Assembly: GCA_009839405.1 (NCBI GenBank)
Contig: VXPR01000550.1
Span: 1-34,785, forward strand
Direction of reading: 5' to 3'
DNA: 34,785 nt
Source of the DNA: Gammaproteobacteria bacterium
GTDB taxonomy: Bacteria > Pseudomonadota > Gammaproteobacteria > Pseudomonadales > Azotimanducaceae
Shown here piece by piece: positions 8,388-17,771 of the stretch. The translations under genes and the position numbers were made by a program. Under the pieces are notes generated by a model. That model did not search any database. It saw nothing but the letters and a program-made list of their open reading frames with translations, and was not told the DNA's origin. Within the stretch, counting starts at the first letter, position 1; every line of letters starts with the position of its first letter.

Positions 8388-9842
8388 TCAAAGGCCCCTT
8401 GCCGGGGCCGGCGCCGCTGGCGCCATATGCTCGTCCCGCAATGCCTCCACGACGCGGAAGCGCACGTCGGACCAGTCGGCGAGTGTGCGGACAAAGTGCT
8501 CATCGGGAATGGGCAGATGGGTGGCATCGGCGCGTGTTTGCCCCCAGGTCGGGTCGAAGGCGTGCCAATGGCCGTCCACGGCGATTTCGTTCCAGGCGTG
8601 CGGCGCGAAGCCCTGTTGCTCAACGCTGTAGGCGATGCCGACGACTGTGCGCGCTGGCAGGCCGGCCGCGCGGGCCAGGGACGTGAGCACATCGGCGAAT
8701 TCGGAGCAGTCGCCAACGCGGTCTCGCAACGTGTCGTGAACGGTGCGCAAGGACACCTGCTCGCGATAGGAAAGGTGGCTGTGAACGAACAGCGTGAGGG
8801 CATTGGCGCGTTGCCGGGCATCGTCGAGTCCGGCGATTGCGCGCAGGGCAACCGCATGCACTTCGGCGGCATCGGCGGGATAGGTCAATGTTGCCTCGGT
8901 TCCGGCTTCGAGCTCGCGCTCCGTGGCGGGCCGAGTCCGTAGCGAGTCGCCGATCAGCCGCCTCTCTCCCCCGACCATTTCGGATTCGCCCGGCCAAGGC
9001 AACGCCTCGCTCGCGGCCAGCACGAGGCGCGTCAACTCGTCCGGGCGATCGATGCCCGGTGTTGCCGGCGCGAGCCACCACCCGGCGGCAAACGGCGAGG
9101 CGCCCACGCCTTCCGCATCGCGCCACGCGAGCGCCATGTCGGCACTGGCCACGCGATCAATGGTGAAGAGCGGCGGCAAGGCTAGTCCCTCGGGCACCAG
9201 ATCTGCATCCAGGCGGATGCGGGTCTCGTCCAGCCGACCGTCTCGGCCGACAACGACACTGCCGCCGGAGGCAGCGCCGGGTTCATGTACACGCCAGACC
9301 GTGCGCCGCAGCGCCAGCCGGTCGAAATCCACCGACTGCACCGCGTGCGTTTGCCCAGGCCGCCTAGGGGCTGCCTGCAGCCAGCGTTCGAGCGCGAGAT
9401 AGCCCGCAAGATCGAAGTCGAAGTCGGCCACGGTTTCCCGCACCGCGCCGTCCTCTTCGATCCTTGCAACGCCATCCGCCAAGTACACCGTCGCCTTCGC
9501 CGTGCCGCCCGCGAACCTCGCGTGTCTGGCAAGCACAAGCCGGTGTGGAGGCGCGGCGCCGAAAACCAGTTCGTCCTCCATGCGCGTCGCTGGCGCGGCA
9601 GCCAGCGCAAACTCCAACTCGCTGTAGAAGCGAAAGCCCTCCCGCGTGTGCTCGGCAACGGTGCGGTAGTGCCCCACTGGGCGATGCCGCAATTGCACCG
9701 CATACCATCGTTCGCCAGCCATGCGGACCGCGAGGAGGCCCTCGGGCGTCGTCGGCAACGCCGCCGAAGGCAAGAGCCACCACGCTCCCCCCGTCACGCC
9801 GACAAGCAAGAGCGCGACGCCGACGCCGATTCGTACCCTCAT
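8388..9842 (-). CDS. Transglutaminase-like domain protein (putative secreted cysteine protease/transglutaminase)
   Basis: N-terminal signal-like MRVRIGVGVALLLVGVTGG. The C-terminal core is GDCSEFADVLTSLARAAGLPAR ... HAWNEIAVDGHWHAFDPT (Cys-His-Asp transglutaminase core). Confidence 0.8.
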   Translation of the reverse strand: MRVRIGVGVALLLVGVTGGAWWLLPSAALPTTPEGLLAVRMAGERWYAVQLRHRPVGHYRTVAEHTREGFRFYSELEFALAAAPATRMEDELVFGAAPPHRLVLARHARFAGGTAKATVYLADGVARIEEDGAVRETVADFDFDLAGYLALERWLQAAPRRPGQTHAVQSVDFDRLALRRTVWRVHEPGAASGGSVVVGRDGRLDETRIRLDADLVPEGLALPPLFTIDRVASADMALAWRDAEGVGASPFAAGWWLAPATPGIDRPDELTRLVLAASEALPWPGESEMVGGERRLIGDSLRTRPATERELEAGTEATLTYPADAAEVHAVALRAIAGLDDARQRANALTLFVHSHLSYREQVSLRTVHDTLRDRVGDCSEFADVLTSLARAAGLPARTVVGIAYSVEQQGFAPHAWNEIAVDGHWHAFDPTWGQTRADATHLPIPDEHFVRTLADWSDVRFRVVEALRDEHMAPAAPAPARGL

Positions 9843-9961
9843 AGGGCCATGTTAGTCGCTGTGGCAGTCCTTCCGCCTTAGGTCCTGGTTCCGCCAAGCG
9901 GAGTCCAAGCCGCCCCACCACGCCGGCTACAATGCCGCCTTTTGCCCCCTGCCAGCTTGCC

Positions 9962-11623
9962 ATGTCGGACGATCTTCGCGACTTCATCCGCAACCGGATA
10001 CGCGCCGATGTGGCCGCGGGGCGGTTGCCGCATGGCGTTGTGACGCGGTTTCCGCCGGAGCCGAACGGCTATCTGCACATCGGTCATGCCAAGTCGATAT
10101 GCCTCAACTTTGGTGTGGCGGAAGAGTTCGACGGGCGTACTTTCCTTCGTTTCGATGACACCAACCCGTTGAGGGAAGGCGAGGAGTTCGTCGAGGCGAT
10201 CCGGCGGGACGTGGAGTGGCTCGGCTTTCATTGGACGGGCGAACCGACCTTTGCCTCCGACTACTTCCCCCAGCTCTACCACTTTGCCGAGCAGTTGATC
10301 GAGCGCGGAAAGGCGTACGTCTGCAGCCTTACTGCGGAGGAGATACGCGCGAGCCGCGGCACGCTCACCGAACCCGGCACGCCAAGCCCCTACCGCGACC
10401 GCCCGGCCGACGAGAGCCTGGACCTGTTCCGGCGCATGAAAGCTGGCGAGTTCCAGGGCGGCGCCCACGTGCTCCGCGCCCGCATCGACCCGGCCTCGCC
10501 GAACGTCAACATGCGCGATCCAGTCCTCTATCGCATCCGCCATGCCACCCATCACCGCACCGGCGATGACTGGTGCATCTATCCGATGTATGACTTCACC
10601 CACTGCATCTGCGACGCCCTCGAGGGCATCTCCCACTCCCTTTGCACGCTGGAGTTCGAGGATCACCGACCGCTCTACGACTGGGTGCTCGACAACATCG
10701 ACATGAACTACCACCCGCCGCAAATCGAGTTCTCGCGCCTGGGGCTGCCCTTTACCGTGATGTCCAAGCGGCAGTTGACGACGCTCGTCGCCAACGGCCA
10801 CGTCTCGGGTTGGGACGATCCCCGCATGCCCACCTTGGCGGGCCTGCGCCGCCGCGGCTATCGACCGGAGGCCATCCGCGAGTTCTGCCGCCGCATTGGC
10901 GTCAGCAAGGCCGACAACCTGGTGGAGGTGGAGTTTCTCGAGTTCTGCGTCCGCAACGATCTCGAAAGCACGGCCCCACGGGCAATGGCTGTGCTGAATC
11001 CGCTCCCGGTCACACTCACCAACTACGACGGTGAAGGCGAGACACTCACCGGCCCGTGGCACCCGCAGCAGGCCGCCATGGGGCAACGTGACATGACCTT
11101 CTCGCGCGACCTTTACATCGAACGAGAGGATTTCAGCGACAACCCGCCGCGCAAGTATCGGCGCCTGGTGCCCGGCGGCATGGTGCGCTTGCGCTACGGC
11201 TACATCATCGAGTGTGAAGAGGTCGTGCGCGACTCCGCCGGGGAGGTATCGGAGCTACGCTGCCGCTACGTGCCCGAATCCAAGAGCGGCAGCGACACCA
11301 GCGGGCTGAAGCCCAAGGGCGTGATCCATTGGGTGGATGCCAACGCCGCGATCGCCGCCGAGGTGCGCAACTTCGACCGTCTGTTCCGCGTCCCGGCCCC
11401 TGCCGGTGACAATCTCGCGGGCGACCTGAACCCAAACTCGCTGCACACCGACCACGGCTTCATCGAACCTGCCATCGCCGCCTCCCCCGAAACCCGCTTC
11501 CAGTTCGAGCGCACCGGCTATTTCGTCAAGGACAGCGAGCTGCACCACCCCGAACGCCCGGTCTTCAACCGCATCGTCTCCCTGCGCGACAGCTGGAAGC
11601 CCAAGGCACAAGGGCAGGACTAA
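9962..11623 (+). CDS. glnS: Glutamine--tRNA ligase
   Basis: Start at MSDDLRDFIR. TRFPPEPNGYLHIGHAKS (HIGH) and VMSKRQL (KMSKS), with full-length class I GlnRS-like sequence (553 aa). Confidence 0.95.
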   Translation: MSDDLRDFIRNRIRADVAAGRLPHGVVTRFPPEPNGYLHIGHAKSICLNFGVAEEFDGRTFLRFDDTNPLREGEEFVEAIRRDVEWLGFHWTGEPTFASDYFPQLYHFAEQLIERGKAYVCSLTAEEIRASRGTLTEPGTPSPYRDRPADESLDLFRRMKAGEFQGGAHVLRARIDPASPNVNMRDPVLYRIRHATHHRTGDDWCIYPMYDFTHCICDALEGISHSLCTLEFEDHRPLYDWVLDNIDMNYHPPQIEFSRLGLPFTVMSKRQLTTLVANGHVSGWDDPRMPTLAGLRRRGYRPEAIREFCRRIGVSKADNLVEVEFLEFCVRNDLESTAPRAMAVLNPLPVTLTNYDGEGETLTGPWHPQQAAMGQRDMTFSRDLYIEREDFSDNPPRKYRRLVPGGMVRLRYGYIIECEEVVRDSAGEVSELRCRYVPESKSGSDTSGLKPKGVIHWVDANAAIAAEVRNFDRLFRVPAPAGDNLAGDLNPNSLHTDHGFIEPAIAASPETRFQFERTGYFVKDSELHHPERPVFNRIVSLRDSWKPKAQGQD

Positions 11624-11626
11624 GCG

Positions 11627-12823
11627 ATGGCCAAGTCCGATAGCAAGGGCCCGCTTGCAGACCTGCGCGTCATCGAACTCGGCACCCTCATCGCCGGCCC
11701 GTTCTGCGGCCAGCTCCTCGGAGACATGGGTGCCGAGGTCATCAAGGTCGAAGCCCCAGGCGTCGGCGACCCGATGCGGTCTTGGGGCCGTGGACTGCCG
11801 GTCTGGTGGCCGGTGATCGGGCGCAACAAGAAATCCGTGACGCTGAACCTGCGCGACGAACGCGGCCAGGACATCCTCCGGGAGTTGGTGCAACGCGCCG
11901 ACGTGGTGGTGGAGAACTTCCGCCCCGGCACATTGGAGAAATGGGGGCTCGGTTACGACCAACTCGCTGCCGTGAATCCGCGCCTGGTCATGGCGCGGGT
12001 TTCCGGCTTCGGTCAGAGCGGCCCCTATTCACGTCGCGCCGGCTACGGTTCCATCGGCGAGGCCATGGGCGGCATCCGCTACCTCGCCGGCGACCCGGAC
12101 CGGCCACCGAGCCGCGTGGGTCTTTCCATCGGCGACTCCCTCGCGGCCACCTTCGCCTGTGTCGGTACCCTGGCGGCGCTGCACGAGCTGGAACGCAGCG
12201 GTCGTGGCCAGATGGTGGACTCCGCCATCTACGAGGCGGTGCTGGCGGTGATGGAATCCACCATTCCGGAATACACCGAAGGCGGGCTCATCCGCGAACG
12301 CAGCGGCGCCATCCTGCCCAAGACGGCGCCCTCCAACGTTTATCCGAGCGCCGACGGCGAGGACATCGTCATGGGCGCAAACCAAGACTCGGTGTTCGCC
12401 CGCCTTGCCGAGGCGATGGGCGAGCCAGAGCTGGCAAAGGACGCACGCTACGCCGATCACGTCGCCCGTGGCGAACATCAAGCGGAGCTCGACGAGCGCA
12501 TCGCCGCCTGGACCTGCACCCTCCCCGCCGACGAACTGTTGGCGACGCTTGAAGCCAAGGGCGTTCCCGCGGGCCGCATCTACCGGGCCCCGGAAATGCT
12601 GGCCGATCCACACATCCGCGCCCGCGAGGCAATCGTCGAAGTGGGGCACCGGCTGTTCCCGGGACTCAAGATGCAGAACGTCTTTCCCAAGCTTTCGCGC
12701 ACCCAGGGGACGGTGCGCTGGCCCGGGCCAGAACTCGGCGAGCACAATGCCGAGGTGTACGTTGGGCTGCTGGGCCTCGGCGAAGGCGAGTTGGCAACGC
12801 TGGCCGATGCCGGCGTCGTCTGA
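11627..12823 (+). CDS. CaiB/BaiF family III CoA-transferase
   Basis: LADLRVIELGTLIAGPFCGQLLGDMGAEVIKVE...RNKKS...ENFRPG is the typical family III CoA-transferase N-terminus. It starts 3 nt after the glnS stop. Confidence 0.9.
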   Translation: MAKSDSKGPLADLRVIELGTLIAGPFCGQLLGDMGAEVIKVEAPGVGDPMRSWGRGLPVWWPVIGRNKKSVTLNLRDERGQDILRELVQRADVVVENFRPGTLEKWGLGYDQLAAVNPRLVMARVSGFGQSGPYSRRAGYGSIGEAMGGIRYLAGDPDRPPSRVGLSIGDSLAATFACVGTLAALHELERSGRGQMVDSAIYEAVLAVMESTIPEYTEGGLIRERSGAILPKTAPSNVYPSADGEDIVMGANQDSVFARLAEAMGEPELAKDARYADHVARGEHQAELDERIAAWTCTLPADELLATLEAKGVPAGRIYRAPEMLADPHIRAREAIVEVGHRLFPGLKMQNVFPKLSRTQGTVRWPGPELGEHNAEVYVGLLGLGEGELATLADAGVV

Positions 12824-12860
12824 TCGCGCTGCGTCTGCCTTCGGCGGAACGCACGAATCC

Positions 12861-13754
12861 GTGAATCGGGACGACGTCCTGGCTGCGGCGCGGCGAATCG
12901 CAGGGCGGGTGCATCGCACGCCGGTTCTCACGAGCCGCACCCTCGACGCAGAACTCGGCGCCAAGCTCTTCTTCAAGTGCGAGAACCTGCAACGGACGGG
13001 CGCCTTCAAGATTCGCGGCGCCACGAACGCGGTGCGCCAATTGCCACGCCACGTGCAGGCCGTGGCCACGCATTCCTCCGGTAATCACGGCGCAGCTCTT
13101 GCCCTTGCCGCCCGGGAGGCTGGCCTCCAAGCGTTCATCGTCGTGCCAAGTGACGCCCGCACGTCCAAGCGCGCCTCCATCGCACGCTACGGCGCCACCG
13201 TGGTGGAGTGCGAACCCACGCTCGCGGCCCGCGCCGCCACGCTTGAACAGGTGGTGCAGGACACCGGCGCGACTTTCGTGCCACCGTACGACCACCCCCA
13301 CATCATCGCCGGCGCCGGCACCGCAGCGCTCGAACTGCTTGCGGATTGCGGACCACTAGATCAGATTTGGGCACCGGTAGGCGGTGGCGGTCTTGCCGCC
13401 GGCACGGCACTCGCTGCGGACGCCAGCGAAGTGATCCTTGCCGAACCGGAACTCGCCCGCGACGCCAAGGACTCGCTGGAAGCCGGAGAACTCCGACCCG
13501 CCCTGCCTCCACGAACCATAGCCGATGGCCTGCGCACGGGCCTAGGCACCCTCAACTTCGACATCCTGCAACGTAATGGCTGCCGCGCCCTGCTCGCATC
13601 CGAGTCCTCCATCGAGCACTGGACGGAGCGCATCGCACAGATCATGAAGCTCGTCGTCGAGCCCTCCGCCGCCACGACTCTGGCCAGCATGGCCGACAAC
13701 CCCGGCGTAGTGTCGGGCCGGGTGGGGATGCTCCTCAGCGGCGGCAACCTCTGA
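12861..13754 (+). CDS. PLP-dependent threonine/serine dehydratase (serine racemase-like) family enzyme
   Basis: HRTPVLTSRTLD...FFKCENLQRTGAFKIRGA (PLP lysine) ...HSSGNHG...GGGGL. There is no in-frame ATG downstream of the CoA-transferase stop, so I chose the GTG at 12861. The 449-aa track ORF overlaps the previous gene and is Arg/Pro-rich there. Confidence 0.8.
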   Translation: MNRDDVLAAARRIAGRVHRTPVLTSRTLDAELGAKLFFKCENLQRTGAFKIRGATNAVRQLPRHVQAVATHSSGNHGAALALAAREAGLQAFIVVPSDARTSKRASIARYGATVVECEPTLAARAATLEQVVQDTGATFVPPYDHPHIIAGAGTAALELLADCGPLDQIWAPVGGGGLAAGTALAADASEVILAEPELARDAKDSLEAGELRPALPPRTIADGLRTGLGTLNFDILQRNGCRALLASESSIEHWTERIAQIMKLVVEPSAATTLASMADNPGVVSGRVGMLLSGGNL

Positions 13755-13887
13755 CTGAGCCGTTCCGTCTCTGGTGGCCGCGATCCATGTCGCCGAGCAT
13801 GGAACGCGACTTGCGGCGCTTCCTGAAGGCGCACGGGCGGGTAAATCGGGGTATGGTTTGTGCCTTTCGTGCCGACGGGGCGAGGAC

Positions 13888-14820
13888 ATGACCGCGACAA
13901 TGGTGGAGGGCCTGGTGCAGCCGCCCTGCGACACTTCCATGTTGGGAGTGGTGAAGGGCGCGATGGATCACTTGGGCGTCGAAAGCAGCTTGGCCGAGAC
14001 GTTCTTCCTCTCGGGCCATGCTTTCCTCATCAACATCCACGATGAGATCTGCCCGAGCGGACCGTATGTGTGGAACTGGGATGAGTTCTTCCGCCTGCTG
14101 CCCAACGTCGGCATCCGCATGACCGAGCTGGCGATGCTCATGCCCGCAGCCAGCGCTCCGGAGCGTTCCGAGGTGGAGGCGCAGGTGCGCGCGGCGATGG
14201 CCGAGGGAGCCGTCTGCTCGCTGGTGCACCTCGATCACCAGTTGGTTCTTGGCCACGACGACGAAGGATTCGTGCTGGCGCAGCCCTGGCCGGGAATGGA
14301 AAGCACCCCGGCACGGCTCACCTACGGCACGTGGGCAGAGTGTCAGAACGGCCCACCCGTCGGGTTCTTCCGGCTCGATGCGTGCGAGCCGCCGTCGGCA
14401 CAGCCCGCCCTGGATGCGCTCGCCTACGCCGTCGATCTCTGGGAACACCCGGAACGACACACACACGCGCCCTACGCGGTGGGCGACGGCGCCTATGCCA
14501 AGTGGCTGGCCGCCATCGACCAAGGCCCCAAGGACGCGCATGGGAACTGGTGGAACGCCTCGGTCTGGGCCGAATGCCGGCAACACGCCGCCGGCCACTT
14601 CGCCTCTCTCGCCAGTGCGGCCAATGGCGAAAGCCCTATCTCGCCCGAAGATGCCCGTTGGTTGGCAGACCGGTATCAGAAGCTCACGCACCTCTTCCGG
14701 CTGGCGTCGGATCGAGAGTCGTCAGCCGCCGAAAAACGCGCTCACATTGCCGAAGCACGGGAGTTGGATCGCGCCTGCATGCAGCGCATTGCCGCACAAA
14801 TCGAGGACGCGGTGGCGTGA
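13888..14820 (+). CDS. Hypothetical protein (possible BtrH-N / papain-like acyltransferase fold, weak)
   Basis: 310 aa from the ATG at 13888 (alternative ATG at 13900). GC-rich third positions support coding. The N-terminal PPCDTSMLGVVKGAMDHLG...FFLSGHAF loosely resembles the Cys-containing N-terminus of BtrH-like proteins. No confident family call. Confidence 0.55.
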   Translation: MTATMVEGLVQPPCDTSMLGVVKGAMDHLGVESSLAETFFLSGHAFLINIHDEICPSGPYVWNWDEFFRLLPNVGIRMTELAMLMPAASAPERSEVEAQVRAAMAEGAVCSLVHLDHQLVLGHDDEGFVLAQPWPGMESTPARLTYGTWAECQNGPPVGFFRLDACEPPSAQPALDALAYAVDLWEHPERHTHAPYAVGDGAYAKWLAAIDQGPKDAHGNWWNASVWAECRQHAAGHFASLASAANGESPISPEDARWLADRYQKLTHLFRLASDRESSAAEKRAHIAEARELDRACMQRIAAQIEDAVA

Positions 14821-15884
14821 GCGGCACGCACAGCTTCGATCCCGACTTCCGCATCGACTGGTATCGCAGCCCCATCGACCGGGAAGTCCTGACGGAACTC
14901 ATGCAGCGCAACGACCTGCGCGGTTGGCTGCAGACCATCTGCCACTTGGGGCTTTTCTTCGTCACCGCCGCCCTGGCAACCCTCGCCTATCTCAACATCG
15001 ATGCCTCGAACTGGCCTTGGGCCCTTCCGCTTCTGATCGTCGCCCTCTTCGCCCACGGCACCATCGGCCCCTTCATGGGGTTGATTGCCGTCCACGAGTT
15101 GCAGCACCGCACCGTGTTCCGCTCGCGACGCCTCAACGCCTTATTCGAGAAGGTGTACGCCTTCATTAGCTGGTCGGACTACATCTGGTATCAGGAAAGC
15201 CATGCAATCCACCATCAAGCCACCTGCCATGCGGCGCACGATGGCGAAGTGCTCCTGCCGGTGCGCTTCAGCCTGCGCCGCTGGCGGGTGTGGCTGGGGC
15301 TCTTGGCCTGGAATCCACGCGCCACCTGGCAGCGGCTGAAGCTCGTCTGGCGCCATGCGCGCGGCGAGGTGCGTGGCGACTGGTATGGCCACGTGTTGCC
15401 GGAGTCGGACCAGGCACTTCGCCGCCGCCACCGCAACTGGGCCCGAACGCTGCTCATAGGCCACGGCGTTCTGGCGCTGGCGTTCATCCTCACCGGCAAC
15501 TGGTTCCTGATCGTGGTGTTCACCATCGGCACCCAATACTGCGGCTGGCTCGGATTCCTCTGCGGCGTGCCGCAGCACTATGGACTCAATTCCGACATCC
15601 CCGACTTCCGCATGAACACCCGCACCTTCACCTGCTCCTGGCTGCCGGCGTTCTACTACTGGAACATGCAATATCACCTGGAACACCACATGTATCCCGC
15701 AGTGCCCTTCTACAACCTGCCGAAGCTGCGCAAGGCGATCGAACAGGACCTGCCGCCGGCAACCCACGGCCTGCTCGCCACCTGGCGCGAGATGCTCGCG
15801 CTGCGCAGGAACTTCCTTGCCGATCCGAGCTACCGCTACGCGCCGGCCATACCGAGGCCCAGCGCCTCGATGAACCCCGCCTGA
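14817..15884 (+). CDS. Fatty acid desaturase family protein (membrane di-iron enzyme)
   Basis: GTG start in a GTGA overlap with the previous stop. Histidine boxes HELQH, HAIHH and HLEHH, with TM segments between them. The 517-aa track ORF start lies inside the previous gene. Confidence 0.8.
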   Translation: MSGTHSFDPDFRIDWYRSPIDREVLTELMQRNDLRGWLQTICHLGLFFVTAALATLAYLNIDASNWPWALPLLIVALFAHGTIGPFMGLIAVHELQHRTVFRSRRLNALFEKVYAFISWSDYIWYQESHAIHHQATCHAAHDGEVLLPVRFSLRRWRVWLGLLAWNPRATWQRLKLVWRHARGEVRGDWYGHVLPESDQALRRRHRNWARTLLIGHGVLALAFILTGNWFLIVVFTIGTQYCGWLGFLCGVPQHYGLNSDIPDFRMNTRTFTCSWLPAFYYWNMQYHLEHHMYPAVPFYNLPKLRKAIEQDLPPATHGLLATWREMLALRRNFLADPSYRYAPAIPRPSASMNPA

Positions 15885-15908
15885 GCGATCACCAGCAAGG
15901 AGTCAGCC

Positions 15909-17117
15909 ATGAACGCACCCGCCACGTCGCTCGCGGACCTCGATCCATCCGACCCCACGCTGCAGGCGGAGGACACCTGGCGTCCGGTATTCAAGCGCCT
16001 GCGCGCTGAAGCGCCCCTTCAGTACACCGCGGACACGGAGCTGTTTGGTTCCTTCTGGTCCGTGACGCGCTATCAGGACATCCGCTACGTCGACACCCAC
16101 CACGATCTGTTCTCGTCGGAAACCGGCATCGTGATTGGAGATCAGGCCGAGGACTTCGAACTGCCGATGTTCATCGCCATGGATCCGCCCAAGCACGACG
16201 AGCAGCGCAAGGTCGTGAGTCCGGTGGTCGCGCCGATGAACCTGAAGGTGCTGGAAAGCACCATCCGCAGCCGGGCTTGCGCGATTCTCGACGACTTGCC
16301 ACGGGGCGAGACGTTCAATTGGGTAGAGCGCGTTTCCATTGAGCTGACGACGCAGATGCTCGCCACGCTATTCGATTTCCCATTCGAGGACCGCAGACGC
16401 CTGACGCGATGGTCCGACGTTGCCACCGCACGCCCCGGCATGGGCATTGTTGAAACGGAGGAGCAGCGCCGAGAGGAACTCTACGAGTGTCTTGCCTGCT
16501 TCACGGACCTGTGGAACCAGCGCGTGAATGCCCCGCCCGGCAACGACCTCATCTCCATGCTGGCGCACGGCGAGGCGACCCAGAACATGTCGCCGCAGGA
16601 ATACCTCGGCAACCTGCTGCTGCTGATCGTCGGCGGCAATGACACGACGCGCAACTCCATCTCCGGCGGCGTGCTGGCGTTCAACCGATTCCCGGACGAG
16701 CTCGCGAAGCTGCGCGGAAACCCCAAGCTGCTTCCGAATGCGGTGTCGGAGATCATCCGCTGGCAGACGCCTCTCGCGCACATGCGACGCCGGGCAACCC
16801 AGGACATCGAGATGCACGGCCAAACCATCCGCAAGGGCGACAAGGTGGTGATGTGGTACATCTCCGGCAACCGCGACGAGGATGTCTGGGAGCGCCCCGA
16901 CGACCTCATGATCGAGCGCTCCAACGCCCGCGCCCACCTCGCCTTCGGCTTCGGCATCCACCGCTGCATGGGCAACCGCCTCGCGGAGATGCAGCTTCGA
17001 ATTGTCTGGGAAGAGATCCTGCGCCGGTTCGAGACGATCGAGGTCGTTGGCGAGCCGGTGCGCGTGCGCTCGAACTTCGTGCGGGGCTACTCGGAACTGC
17101 CCGTGCGCGTGACGTAA
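15909..17117 (+). CDS. Cytochrome P450, CYP153-like (terminal alkane/fatty-acyl hydroxylase type)
   Basis: MFIAMDPPKHDEQR, LLLIVGGNDTTRNS and the heme loop FGFGIHRCMGNRLAE are the blocks I associate with the CYP153 family. These are the regions targeted by CYP153 degenerate primers. Confidence 0.85.
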   Translation: MNAPATSLADLDPSDPTLQAEDTWRPVFKRLRAEAPLQYTADTELFGSFWSVTRYQDIRYVDTHHDLFSSETGIVIGDQAEDFELPMFIAMDPPKHDEQRKVVSPVVAPMNLKVLESTIRSRACAILDDLPRGETFNWVERVSIELTTQMLATLFDFPFEDRRRLTRWSDVATARPGMGIVETEEQRREELYECLACFTDLWNQRVNAPPGNDLISMLAHGEATQNMSPQEYLGNLLLLIVGGNDTTRNSISGGVLAFNRFPDELAKLRGNPKLLPNAVSEIIRWQTPLAHMRRRATQDIEMHGQTIRKGDKVVMWYISGNRDEDVWERPDDLMIERSNARAHLAFGFGIHRCMGNRLAEMQLRIVWEEILRRFETIEVVGEPVRVRSNFVRGYSELPVRVT

Positions 17118-17749
17118 TGGCACAGCAAACCAGCGATTCGGAGCGGCCCGCGAGAGTTCCGCACCGCTTCCACAGCATGGAATACGTTGCCAAGTGGGCA
17201 CGGGACGTCGGCAATCCCGTGCGCGAGAGCGTCTTCCACCACATCCTCGCCCAGCTCGTGCTGCAGGGCGATGAATCGCCCCACATCGTCGAATTGGCAG
17301 CGGGCCCAGGCATCTTGGCCGAGTTCCTGCTCGAACGCCTGCCCAACGCCACCTACGAAGGCATGGACTATTCCGAGCCGATGCTGACGTTGGCGCGGGA
17401 ACGCAGCGAACGCTTCGGCGAGCGCGTGCATCTGCATCAGGTGGACTTGCGCGACGACGAATGGCCGAGAGCCGCTCGGCGGCGTCCGCAAGCAGTGATC
17501 TCGATGCAAGCCCTGCACGACGTCGGCGACGAGCCGGAACACGAGGCCATCTATGCGGCCGCCCGGCAACTCCTCCGCTCGCCAGGGCTGTTCCTCAACG
17601 CCGACCTCGTGCGCCAATCCGGCAAAGGCCCCACCCGCATTCCCCTGCACCGCCACCTGGCGATGCTGTCAGCGGCGGGATTCGACGACGTGGAATCTTC
17701 CCTGACGATTGGCGCCTACGCCTGCATCAGGGGCGTCACCGCCGCATAG
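17117..17749 (+). CDS. Class I SAM-dependent methyltransferase
   Basis: The ATG overlaps the P450 TAA by 1 nt (TAATG). VELAAGPGILAEFLL (motif I, E/DxGxGxG-like) ... GMDYSEPML ... ISMQALHD. 210 aa. Confidence 0.75.
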   Translation: MAQQTSDSERPARVPHRFHSMEYVAKWARDVGNPVRESVFHHILAQLVLQGDESPHIVELAAGPGILAEFLLERLPNATYEGMDYSEPMLTLARERSERFGERVHLHQVDLRDDEWPRAARRRPQAVISMQALHDVGDEPEHEAIYAAARQLLRSPGLFLNADLVRQSGKGPTRIPLHRHLAMLSAAGFDDVESSLTIGAYACIRGVTAA

Positions 17750-17771
17750 TGCGCCATCCGAAGTCCGACTC

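Noticed and set aside
7361-8872. Long antisense or overlapping ORFs in the six-frame track. Examples: 7361..8872(-) 503 aa, 9878..11086(-) 402 aa, 801..1823(+), 2572..3813(+), 17907..19214(+), 19700..20821(+), 26034..27539(+), 27941..29245(+), 29273..30322(+), 30476..31762(+), 12029..13069(-), 13735..14691(-).
   Set aside because: Their translations are dominated by Arg, Pro, Gly and Ala with no recognisable motifs. Each lies opposite or out of frame with an ORF that has clear family signatures. Long shadow ORFs of this kind are expected in DNA this GC-rich.
12405-15884. Extended track ORFs 12405..13754 (449 aa) and 14331..15884 (517 aa) taken at face value.
   Set aside because: Their 5' portions overlap the preceding well-supported genes in another frame and translate to Arg/Pro/Ser-rich sequence. 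Family motifs begin only after the upstream stop codons, so I chose GTG starts at 12861 and 14817 instead.
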